Source: Bacteroidales bacterium (lineage in GTDB: Bacteria > Bacteroidota > Bacteroidia > Bacteroidales > UBA3663). Taken from it: a stretch of DNA of 56,134 bases. The notes below the pieces were generated by a model. That model did not search any database. It saw nothing but the letters and a program-made list of their open reading frames with translations, and was not told where the DNA came from. The first letter of the stretch is position 1. Each line of letters begins with the position of its first letter. This document shows, piece after piece, positions 44,050-52,679 of the stretch. The stretch lies in NCBI GenBank assembly GCA_017632695.1, contig JAGBQS010000051.1, positions 1-56,134 on the forward strand, read 5' to 3'. The position numbers and the translations under genes were made by a program.

Positions 44050-46071
44050 ATGAATATATTCATGAAACATTTCAAAAGCATCGCTTTGAGCGTAATCGTT
44101 GTTGCGGGCTTCAGCTCGTGCAGCGATACCTGGGAGGCCGATAGCGTTTCAGGAAGCAAGTCGAAGGACTTGTGGACAGTCATATCCCAGCAACCTGAGC
44201 TGAGCGATTTTGCTGCAGTTCTTCAACAGGGAGGCTATGATCAGTTGCTTGAATCGGATGGACTGTTTACGGTTCTGGCTCCGACCAATTCTGCCATGAG
44301 TGCGGTTCCAGATGCTGACAAAGCGTCTGTCCCAGCTGCTCACATCATCTTATTGGAGTTTAACAAGAGTCGGCTTGATACGATGACAACGGTTGTTGCC
44401 TATAATGGAAAGCAGACTCCTATTGCCGATATTCAACTGCAAACTACCGAGATTATCTGCCGTAATGGTATTCTGCGCTTTGCCGATGCAGCCATCGGAC
44501 ACCGTCTGAACATCTTCGAGCAGTTGTGCCAGCTCAAAGATCAGTATGAGATGGCAAAATTCATTGTTGAGCAGGGTGATTCCATAATGGACATGACTCA
44601 AAGTGTTCAGATTGCCATCGATCCGGACAACAATCCGATTTACGATACGGTTATGATTTATGCAAATCCGATTCTGGATGCCGTTCCTATCAATGACAAC
44701 GAGTCAACGGTAAATCTCGTATTGTTGGCCGATTCCACTTTTGAACGCCTTTCGGCACTCTACTGGAATTACTTCAAACAGAACAACGGGTTACACCCGG
44801 AGCCTGATTATGTAGGTTATAAGATTGATACCGCAGCTACAACTATAGCAGCCCGGACGGCTTTGGTAACCGATTTGGTTTTCAATGCCGAAAATTCAAA
44901 GCCGGGCGAGACCTATTTTACGTCTACTTCGGATGTCCGGGTTAAGATGAAAAGCGGTATTGCCGAGACAATTGATCTTTGCAATGGTAAGGTCTATGTT
45001 GCTGGCGACGTTCATATTCATATGGCAGGCAATAAGATCAAGTCTGTTTATGTGGAAGGCGAAGACTATCAGAGTCATTCCAGTGAATATATCTTTACCC
45101 GAGTGAATATCAATGCCCGCGGTCAGCGTGACGTTGTACTGTGCGGTACCGATACTTTGAGACCCTATTGGCGCTATGTTCTTGATGGCGAGGGCAACAT
45201 TACTTCCGATACCGAACAGGTGTTTAAGCGGACAACCCGTTACGGCTATTATGGAACCTCGTTTGGCAGCAATACCTATCCTCAGGTGAACAATACCCGA
45301 GGCGGTTCATATCTTGGCTATACGGCTCCGCTGTATTCGTGTGATTATAAGATTTATATGCGATCGGTTGATGATCGTCCGACGCATGTGAACCCGGATA
45401 CGCTCAGTGTTGAATATGATAAGTATCTGGCAGATGCCAACTGGCCGTGCGGAGGAGTGATCCGAAACTATCAGAAGTTGTATCTGTCGCAGCCTGGTGA
45501 TAATCAGATTTCGTATGTTGATGATTATGCCAATAGTGACTTCCTCATCAATTACAGTTACAGTAATTATTTCCAGCCGCTACAGCGTCAGTATGCCTGC
45601 ATGGTACCGTTTGATCCTACCGTTTTTGAAGAAGGTGAATTTGAAACGGCTTCAGCCTCCCGTTTGGAGGAACTGTTGGGCGCAACCAACAACTTCAAGC
45701 ATTTGGGCATCAATGCCGGTTATGGGGTTGATGATCCGAATTGTGAATTCCCGCTTATCTGGTGCCAGACTCCTAATCAGGCTGTTATGACACCTGAAGC
45801 CAGAACAGAAGGCAAACTGTACTATAGCGGCGTGACCGGAATCTGTCCGAATAACGAGAATACCTATCTGGCCAATGGCCGTCCGAACCGCATCCGCAAG
45901 GATGTCTTCCGCTGTTTCTATCAGGGTGATGCCTGCTTATTTGTTACGAGTGGCGTTTTCAATATTTCGAATACGGCCAATCCGAGTGTCGGTTCTATCC
46001 AGCCACATGGTTCCATTTATTTGGATTATATCCATGTCGAACCGGTAATTGAAGAAGATGATGAAGAATAA
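44050..46071 (+). CDS. Fasciclin (FAS1) domain surface lipoprotein
   Basis: 673 aa with lipobox GFSSC-SDTWEA. Motifs: FTVLAPTNSAMSAV and CRNGILRFADAAI. The rest is a large beta-rich region. Confidence 0.75.
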   Translation: MNIFMKHFKSIALSVIVVAGFSSCSDTWEADSVSGSKSKDLWTVISQQPELSDFAAVLQQGGYDQLLESDGLFTVLAPTNSAMSAVPDADKASVPAAHIILLEFNKSRLDTMTTVVAYNGKQTPIADIQLQTTEIICRNGILRFADAAIGHRLNIFEQLCQLKDQYEMAKFIVEQGDSIMDMTQSVQIAIDPDNNPIYDTVMIYANPILDAVPINDNESTVNLVLLADSTFERLSALYWNYFKQNNGLHPEPDYVGYKIDTAATTIAARTALVTDLVFNAENSKPGETYFTSTSDVRVKMKSGIAETIDLCNGKVYVAGDVHIHMAGNKIKSVYVEGEDYQSHSSEYIFTRVNINARGQRDVVLCGTDTLRPYWRYVLDGEGNITSDTEQVFKRTTRYGYYGTSFGSNTYPQVNNTRGGSYLGYTAPLYSCDYKIYMRSVDDRPTHVNPDTLSVEYDKYLADANWPCGGVIRNYQKLYLSQPGDNQISYVDDYANSDFLINYSYSNYFQPLQRQYACMVPFDPTVFEEGEFETASASRLEELLGATNNFKHLGINAGYGVDDPNCEFPLIWCQTPNQAVMTPEARTEGKLYYSGVTGICPNNENTYLANGRPNRIRKDVFRCFYQGDACLFVTSGVFNISNTANPSVGSIQPHGSIYLDYIHVEPVIEEDDEE

Positions 46072-49000
46072 GTTAATGACAGTCCTGATTATGAAGAAAG
46101 CATATATTTTGTTTCTGTTAGCAGGTCTGACCTGTTCTTCGGTATCTTTGGCGCAGACAGAGCAGAGACCCGTCTCTGCTGCCAAGGCTGCAGAAATTCC
46201 TTCTAAGACGGTAACGGGTAAAGTGGTGCTCGATGCTACCGGCGAACCTCTGGCAGGTATTTCCCTGCAGGTAGTAGGCGCCCGATTCTCGGCTATGACC
46301 GGTGAGGACGGAACCTTTTCTATCAAGGTGCCCGTTGATGCCAACGGCAAGGCGCTTTCTATGATAGCCGTTAGCGGTCCTACAACAGAGGACATCATGA
46401 TTCCAGTGCGCGATTTGGAGGAACTGAATGTCCGACTGATGTACAAGGGCTATAATTCCGTTACAAACAAGAAGATTGCCTCGCCGTTGGGTCAGAAAGA
46501 GATTACTACCTCTTCGTCGGCCATCTCTGTTATCGATGTCGATAACTCGCTTTCCGTGAAAGGTGCTCCCGAGGCTCTTTTGCAAGGACAGTCAGCTGGT
46601 ATGAACGTTCTGTTCCGTTCCGGCACCGATTGGAGCGGAGCCAACCTTTTGCTTCGTGGTTTCAACTCTCTTTATGCTAATAATAGTCCGCTGTTGGTCA
46701 TCGATGGCCTGATTGTCGAGAATCAGGAGTTCGGTGTATCTCTCATCGAAGGTCAGATATCTACACCGCTGGGTTGTATCGATGTCAAGGATATCGATCA
46801 GATTGTGGTTCTGAAGGATGCTTCGAGCATTTACGGCGTAAAGGGTGCCAACGGTGCCATTCTGATCCAGACCAAGCGTACAGAAGATATTTCTACACAC
46901 GTCGATGTGTCGGCCTTCTGGGGCCTGAATATGCAGCCAAAGAAGTATCCGATGCTTGGTGCTGCTGATGCTAAGCGTTATCTGACAGAGTTGGCACAGA
47001 CTTCCGGTCTGACAGCTAATCAGGTAAATACTCTTTCCTGGGTCAATGCAGCAAAGCCTCAGCAGAACCCGGATGGCAGTTGGAAGTATGGTGATTATTA
47101 CAAGTACAACCAGAATACCGATTGGCAGGATGAAATTTTCCAGACAGGTTTCAAACAGCAGTATTCCCTGAGTGTCAGCGGTGGCGATGAGACAGCTGTC
47201 TATGGTGTTTCGTTAGGCTTTCAGAACAAGGACGGACTCATCAAGGGTACTGACTTCCAGCGTTTCAATGCGCGTCTGAACGCTGCCATCAACTTTACGA
47301 ACAGCATTCGCTTCAATACCAGCATGAGCTTTATTTATGGTTCTAAGAACTTGTCGAACGAAGGCTCTGCCAGCAACGTCAATCCGATTTATACCGCTTT
47401 GGTGAAGGCTCCTTTCACGGCAATTCATAGCGTGGACGAGTATAACATGTTCTCTCCGTCTTACGAGGATGTGGATGCTTTGGGAGCCGCCAATCCAGCT
47501 GTAGTTACCAACGATGTGGTCAGCGAGAATTCATTCTACCGCTTCATGGGTAGTTACACCTTGGAGGCCGACCTTTGGAAAGGGTGGAAGATTGCTACCA
47601 TCTTCGGTTTGGATTATAATAAGGAACGAGAGGTGGTTTTCTATCCGACCAGCGGAATTCCTTATCCCAATCTGCCGAATGCTGAGGTAACCAACCAGCA
47701 GATGCATCGCGTGGAACGACTCTATTCAATCAGCGACGAAACACGTCTTACCTATAGCAACTCGTGGGGCGATCATAAATTCGATGGTGCATTAGGCTTC
47801 CGTTACTATAACAATAGGGCCGAAGACGATTTCGGACATGGTTACAACTCGGCAAGCAATTATTATCAGACCATCGGTAACGGCGATAGCGAGCTTTATC
47901 AGAACGGTGGTGCCTTGGGTAATTGGAATTGGCTTTCGTTTTACTTAAATGCCGATTACGCTTTCAAGAACCGCTATTTTGTCGATGTGACGGTTTCGTC
48001 CGACGCATCAAGCCGATATGGCGAAGATGTTTCAGCTTTGCAGGTATATCCCGGCATCAATGCAGCCTGGCTGATTTCGAACGAAGCCTGGATGAAGGGT
48101 GCAGATTGGAACTCATACCTGAAGTTGCGTGCAGGCTTCAATATGTCTGGCAATGACGATATCGGTAACTATGTATCCCGTCGCTACTACATTACCCAGT
48201 CGTTCCTGAACAACAACGGTCTGGTTCGTGGCGGCATAATGAATCAGGACATCAAGCCGGAACGGGTACAGAAGGTAAATGTCGGCATCGATGCCGCTTT
48301 CCTGAACGAACGTCTTACGGTTTCTGTTGATGCATACCACAGCCGGACTACCGATCTGTTGCTTTACAGCAATGCTTATTCGCTTAGCGGACACAAGTCG
48401 TATGTCAGCAATGGAGGCGAACTGACCAATACAGGCGTTGAACTGGCACTGGGCGGACGGGTTATGAACAAGAAAGCCTTCTCCTGGGATCTGAATCTCA
48501 CCTTGGCTCATAACAGGAACGAGGTTCAGAAACTGGATTGCGGCAGTATCCGCACCTCAATAGGAGAGGGAACCGTGTTGACTTCTGTCGGTTCCGCTAT
48601 TGGCGTGTTCTATGGTTATCAGACCAGAGGCATTTACAGTACTTCAGCCGAAGCAAATGCTGACGGTTTGGGTACGATGGTGGGTTCCGTCCGCAAGCCA
48701 TTCGAGGCTGGAGATGTCCGTTTCATCGATCAGGATGGAAATAAACTCATCGACGAGATTGATATGGTCAAGATTGGCGATCCGAATCCGGATCTTTTCG
48801 GCGGACTGCTTTCGGTAATGCGTTATCGTCGTTTTACCCTTACGGCTCAGTTCAACTTCTCGTTGGGCAACGATGTCTATAACTACACCCGTTCTCAGCT
48901 CGAGAATATGTCAGCCTATACCAATCAGACCAAGAACGTGCTGAACCGTTGGCGTACTGAGGGAGACAAGGCTTCTATGCCTCGTGCCACCTATGGCGAT

Positions 49001-49282
49001 CCTTTGGGCAACAGCCGTTTCTCTGATCGTTGGATTGAGGATGGTTCATATCTGAAACTCAAGGAACTTTCCTTGTCTTACGACTTCAATATCAAGAGTT
49101 CGTACATTACGGGTCTGACAGTGTTCGGTACGTGCGAGAATCTCTTCACACTTACCAAGTACAATGGTTATGATCCGGAGATAGTCAGCTCTTCGTCTAA
49201 CAATCCGTTGTATCAGGGTGTCGATGCCTTTTCTACACCTACTGCCCGAACCTTCTATATTGGACTTAAACTTGGCTTGTAA
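46049..49282 (+). CDS. SusC/RagA-family TonB-dependent transporter
   Basis: Motifs VTGKVVLDATGEPLAGISLQV, LLLRGFNSLYANNSPLLVIDGL and IDQIVVLKDASSIYGVKGANGAILIQTKR; the protein ends TFYIGLKLGL. The likely true start is MKKAYILFLL at 46091, which removes the 23-nt overlap. Confidence 0.9.
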   Translation: MKKMMKNKLMTVLIMKKAYILFLLAGLTCSSVSLAQTEQRPVSAAKAAEIPSKTVTGKVVLDATGEPLAGISLQVVGARFSAMTGEDGTFSIKVPVDANGKALSMIAVSGPTTEDIMIPVRDLEELNVRLMYKGYNSVTNKKIASPLGQKEITTSSSAISVIDVDNSLSVKGAPEALLQGQSAGMNVLFRSGTDWSGANLLLRGFNSLYANNSPLLVIDGLIVENQEFGVSLIEGQISTPLGCIDVKDIDQIVVLKDASSIYGVKGANGAILIQTKRTEDISTHVDVSAFWGLNMQPKKYPMLGAADAKRYLTELAQTSGLTANQVNTLSWVNAAKPQQNPDGSWKYGDYYKYNQNTDWQDEIFQTGFKQQYSLSVSGGDETAVYGVSLGFQNKDGLIKGTDFQRFNARLNAAINFTNSIRFNTSMSFIYGSKNLSNEGSASNVNPIYTALVKAPFTAIHSVDEYNMFSPSYEDVDALGAANPAVVTNDVVSENSFYRFMGSYTLEADLWKGWKIATIFGLDYNKEREVVFYPTSGIPYPNLPNAEVTNQQMHRVERLYSISDETRLTYSNSWGDHKFDGALGFRYYNNRAEDDFGHGYNSASNYYQTIGNGDSELYQNGGALGNWNWLSFYLNADYAFKNRYFVDVTVSSDASSRYGEDVSALQVYPGINAAWLISNEAWMKGADWNSYLKLRAGFNMSGNDDIGNYVSRRYYITQSFLNNNGLVRGGIMNQDIKPERVQKVNVGIDAAFLNERLTVSVDAYHSRTTDLLLYSNAYSLSGHKSYVSNGGELTNTGVELALGGRVMNKKAFSWDLNLTLAHNRNEVQKLDCGSIRTSIGEGTVLTSVGSAIGVFYGYQTRGIYSTSAEANADGLGTMVGSVRKPFEAGDVRFIDQDGNKLIDEIDMVKIGDPNPDLFGGLLSVMRYRRFTLTAQFNFSLGNDVYNYTRSQLENMSAYTNQTKNVLNRWRTEGDKASMPRATYGDPLGNSRFSDRWIEDGSYLKLKELSLSYDFNIKSSYITGLTVFGTCENLFTLTKYNGYDPEIVSSSSNNPLYQGVDAFSTPTARTFYIGLKLGL

Positions 49283-49284
49283 TT

Positions 49285-51234
49285 ATGAAAAAGTATAATG
49301 TTTTATTTTTGATTGCTGGTCTGTTTGCGCTGAACAGCTGTGTGGATGCCGACATCGACGATGCTCTCGAGTATGAGGACACCTACACAAATATGGAAGA
49401 TGCAGACAAGCACATTCTGGGTGTTTACAGCAAGTTTATGGAACTGGCTGAACAGATGGTGGTCCTGAACGAGTTGCGTGCCGACCTGATGACTATTACA
49501 GACAATTCCAACACCTATTTGCAGGAAGTGGATGCCAATGTGGACAATGCCGATAATCCCTATCTGCAACCCACTAAGTATTATGCAGTCATAAACGAGT
49601 GCAACGATTGTCTTGATAACTTCGACAAGATGCTGGTACGTCATGACCTGACCGAAGATGAATATGCCGAACGTTATTCTGATATTGCCGCACTGCGTAC
49701 CTATGTGTACCTGCAGGCTGCTGTACAGTTCGGAAAGATTCCATACATCACCAAGCCTATCGTAACTGTTAAGGATATGAACGAGGCCTATGCTTCGGCT
49801 CCACGCTATGGCCTCGATGAGCTGCTTCCCAAGCTGATTGCTACGATGGAATCTCTGCCTTTCATGAATCCGTATGAGGAGTCTCCATTGGTCATCAATA
49901 CGGTTTCCGGTTCGTCATCAAAAACTACCGTCGATGGTCAGCTTCTCTATTTCTATTTCATTCATAAGAAACTGCTGTTAGCCGACCTTTATTTGTGGAA
50001 TAACCAGTATCGAGAAGCAGCCACATTGTATAAAGAGTTCCTTGATCAGGACTCCAAGCTGGCCGAAACCAACAATTATCTCCGTTACAAGTGTACCTCA
50101 TCGGGAACCATTTCAACCGAAGGTGCATACGGCAACTATTATCAGGCTTACTTCTTGCGCTACAACGATGCTAACGTGAATGCCAACTTCACTTCGTGGC
50201 CCAACATGTTCAGCGATCTGATGTCGACCAAGGCGGCCGATGCCGAATGGATCTGGACGATTACTTTCCCGTCGGGCGACGAGCCTGCTTATCCGTTCGT
50301 TGATCTCTTTGCTTCGACTTCCGATGGCGGCAGTTACCAGTTGCGTCCTTCATCTGCCTGCATCTATAACTACAACCGCAGTGATCTGCTTCGTACTAAC
50401 GATGCACCTTATGATCCGCGAGGAGAGGGGGCAACCTTCAACGAGAATAATGCCAACAGTGATACCGTCTGTGCCAAGTATCTCGGTCTGTTCGATCCTT
50501 CCCAGTCCTACGTGCAGGAAGGCCGCTGGTGGCTCTATCGTTCCGCAATGGTTCTGCTCCGTTTTGCAGAATGTATGAACCGTTTGGGCTATCCGGAATT
50601 TGCCTGGAATTTCGTTACCAAAGGCATTGCCGGCACATACGGCACTTCCTATCCTTCGGGCATCACACTGAACGGCAAGACTGACGAGTACGGCGTGCTG
50701 CTGCCTACGTCCAATCCGGCTTACTTCCGCGGCCAGGGACAGATTCTTGATGTGTTATACCCTATTACCATGGGTATTACCGACAACGAGGCCGATTCTG
50801 CCCTCTTGTATTTCGATTCCCGATTCTATTCGTCGGCATCGTCTAATCCGTTCGATGGCTATTCTGTTCGTGGCGGTTGGCGAGAGAACCGCGGTCTGCG
50901 TGTGGGTCGCCAGTGTATGAGTTATTACGATAACCTTGATGCCGACCTTGCGGGCCGCTATGCCGACCTTTCGGATTGCCCGACCAAACAGGATTCTATC
51001 TATCTGGTGGAGAAACTGATTATGGATGAGGCGTCACGCGAACTGGCTCACGAGGGTAACCGCTTCCCGGACTTGATTCGTGCTGCCCGCCGTATGGATG
51101 CCCAGGGTAATGACGGAATGTCTGGCGGAGCTTATCTGCAGGCACTTATTAACCGCAAGAACCAGGGACGAAACAACGTTTTGGGTAATGCAGACTACAC
51201 TTCTTCGGACAACTGGTACCTGAAGTGGCATTAA
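49285..51234 (+). CDS. SusD/RagB-family surface lipoprotein
   Basis: 649 aa with lipobox ALNSC-VDADID. SusD-like helices: IAALRTYVYLQAAVQFGKIPYI, WLYRSAMVLLRFAECMNRLG, ELAHEGNRFPDLIR. Confidence 0.88.
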   Translation: MKKYNVLFLIAGLFALNSCVDADIDDALEYEDTYTNMEDADKHILGVYSKFMELAEQMVVLNELRADLMTITDNSNTYLQEVDANVDNADNPYLQPTKYYAVINECNDCLDNFDKMLVRHDLTEDEYAERYSDIAALRTYVYLQAAVQFGKIPYITKPIVTVKDMNEAYASAPRYGLDELLPKLIATMESLPFMNPYEESPLVINTVSGSSSKTTVDGQLLYFYFIHKKLLLADLYLWNNQYREAATLYKEFLDQDSKLAETNNYLRYKCTSSGTISTEGAYGNYYQAYFLRYNDANVNANFTSWPNMFSDLMSTKAADAEWIWTITFPSGDEPAYPFVDLFASTSDGGSYQLRPSSACIYNYNRSDLLRTNDAPYDPRGEGATFNENNANSDTVCAKYLGLFDPSQSYVQEGRWWLYRSAMVLLRFAECMNRLGYPEFAWNFVTKGIAGTYGTSYPSGITLNGKTDEYGVLLPTSNPAYFRGQGQILDVLYPITMGITDNEADSALLYFDSRFYSSASSNPFDGYSVRGGWRENRGLRVGRQCMSYYDNLDADLAGRYADLSDCPTKQDSIYLVEKLIMDEASRELAHEGNRFPDLIRAARRMDAQGNDGMSGGAYLQALINRKNQGRNNVLGNADYTSSDNWYLKWH

Positions 51235-51319
51235 TCTGAACGTCTGAAATTATATTTAGGCTGCCTTTTCTAACATTCTTATTTTTTGTGGATTCTCGCC
51301 CGTCATTGGGCATAAATAG

Positions 51320-51351
51320 AAAACCCCAGGGATCAGATCTCTGGGGTTTTT
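51320..51351. terminator. Bidirectional hairpin terminator
   Basis: Stem aaaaccccag (51320-51329) pairs with ctggggtttt (51341-51350), between convergent genes. Confidence 0.75.
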
Positions 51352-51368
51352 GCTGCTGAACGTTAGTC

Positions 51369-51980
51369 TCAGTATTTCAGGCCCTCCACATGAATGGCTT
51401 TGGGACGAGCCGGGCAATAGAATTCGCATGCGCCGCAGCCGATGCACTGTGAGATGCGGATTTTCGGAATCTTATGCCCGTTAAATTCCTGAACGGAAAT
51501 GGCGTGGGTGGGGCAGTGACGGATGCAGGCATTACAGTCAACGTCATCTGTTTGTGTAACGCAGGTCAGACGGTTGAAGGTTGCCCAACCTAAACGGTCG
51601 TCAGCTTTTTCGGCCAGGGAACGGAGGTTGATGGCTCCTGTAGGACAAACTTCGGCGCAGCGGTTACAGTAGCGCAGACACCAGCCGTTCTCGAAACTGA
51701 CAGCAGGAGCGCCCTTTCCGAGTGGTCCTAATTCGTCTTCCTCGGCTGGATGCAGAATGTGCTGCGGACAGACTTCTATGCACTTCCCGCATCGTGTACA
51801 TTTATTTAAGAATGTTTCACGGTCAACGGTACAGGGCGGCATGATGCCGGTATAGCGGGCAGCAGCAGGGCTGCCGTCGGGCATGGTTCTGGAGAACTTC
51901 CTTTCAAGTTCTGTCCCTCCCTGGGTGAGCACCTGCACGGTTCCGTCGGACGAATAAACGGTATCTTTGATTTCTTTCAT
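51369..51980 (-). CDS. Poly-ferredoxin-like 4Fe-4S cluster protein
   Basis: Four Cys clusters: CTRCGKCIEVCP, CNRCAEVCP, CNACIRHCP and CIGCGACEFYCP. The start is set at MKEIKD (51980), 2 nt after the upstream stop, rather than the overlapping 52013. Confidence 0.8.
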   Translation of the reverse strand: MKEIKDTVYSSDGTVQVLTQGGTELERKFSRTMPDGSPAAARYTGIMPPCTVDRETFLNKCTRCGKCIEVCPQHILHPAEEDELGPLGKGAPAVSFENGWCLRYCNRCAEVCPTGAINLRSLAEKADDRLGWATFNRLTCVTQTDDVDCNACIRHCPTHAISVQEFNGHKIPKIRISQCIGCGACEFYCPARPKAIHVEGLKY

Positions 51981-51982
51981 GA

Positions 51983-52474
51983 CTATAAGGATTGGTAAAC
52001 GCCTTTGTCGCAAAGCCGGTCATAAAGATCTTCCTGAACTCGAACAACCAGGTTCTCGATTTGCCGGAGGTTTTGGGGAATGGGCAGATGTTTGGGACAA
52101 GAGCCCGAGCACAAGTTACAGCCGATGCAACGGTCGGCTTGTGCCAGTCTGGGTACCTGACGGTTCAGCGTTCGGATGAAATTCTCTCCTTCCCGTGCAT
52201 ATTGCTTGCTGCCTTGCTGGCGAGGGTCGGGCAGTACGCCTTCCCGGCATGCCTGATTATAGACACGGATGTTCTGGCGGATGTCAACCCCATACGGACA
52301 GGTTACGCACTGCGGGCAATCATCGCAGGGAATGAGCAATCCGGACTGATCCGCCTGCTTATGAGGAGCTGCTGGGGAACAGCTCATCGGCAACGATGCC
52401 AAAACGCCCAAACCCAGAATACCTAATCCGATTCTGGAAAGAGCTTCACGTCGGGTAATTGATTCTTTATCCAT
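51983..52474 (-). CDS. Twin-arginine (Tat) signal Fe-S protein
   Basis: 163 aa. Tat motif and hydrophobic region: SITRREALSRIGLGILGLGVLASLPMSC. Cys clusters: CDDCPQCVTCP and CIGCNLCSGSCP. Confidence 0.75.
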   Translation of the reverse strand: MDKESITRREALSRIGLGILGLGVLASLPMSCSPAAPHKQADQSGLLIPCDDCPQCVTCPYGVDIRQNIRVYNQACREGVLPDPRQQGSKQYAREGENFIRTLNRQVPRLAQADRCIGCNLCSGSCPKHLPIPQNLRQIENLVVRVQEDLYDRLCDKGVYQSL

Positions 52475-52601
52475 GCTGCAAAGGTATGCGTTTTTTTGAT
52501 TGTTTCCAAATTTAGTTGTGCTTTAGATGGAATAATTGTTACTATATATGGAGATTATTCCTTTTTTTATATATAAAACTTGGCAGTTTCTGCATAAATG
52601 C

Positions 52602-52609
52602 GTACCTTT
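52602..52609 (+). promoter_or_regulatory. -7 promoter box (TACCTTTG) for the PL11 gene
   Basis: TAnnTTTG match about 70 nt upstream of the ATG at 52680. Confidence 0.5.
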
Positions 52610-52679
52610 GCATCGGCAAACAACGTAACTTCGGGAATAACTAACCGTGTAATAATAATCGCAATAAATATTTAGCCTT

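Noticed and set aside
51983-52013. A 31-nt overlap between the two Fe-S genes, implied by the ORF-track start at 52013
   Set aside because: An in-frame ATG at 51980 (MKEIKD...) lies 2 nt after the upstream stop. It gives a conventional coupled arrangement, and the extra 11 residues (MRQRRLPILIV) have no support.
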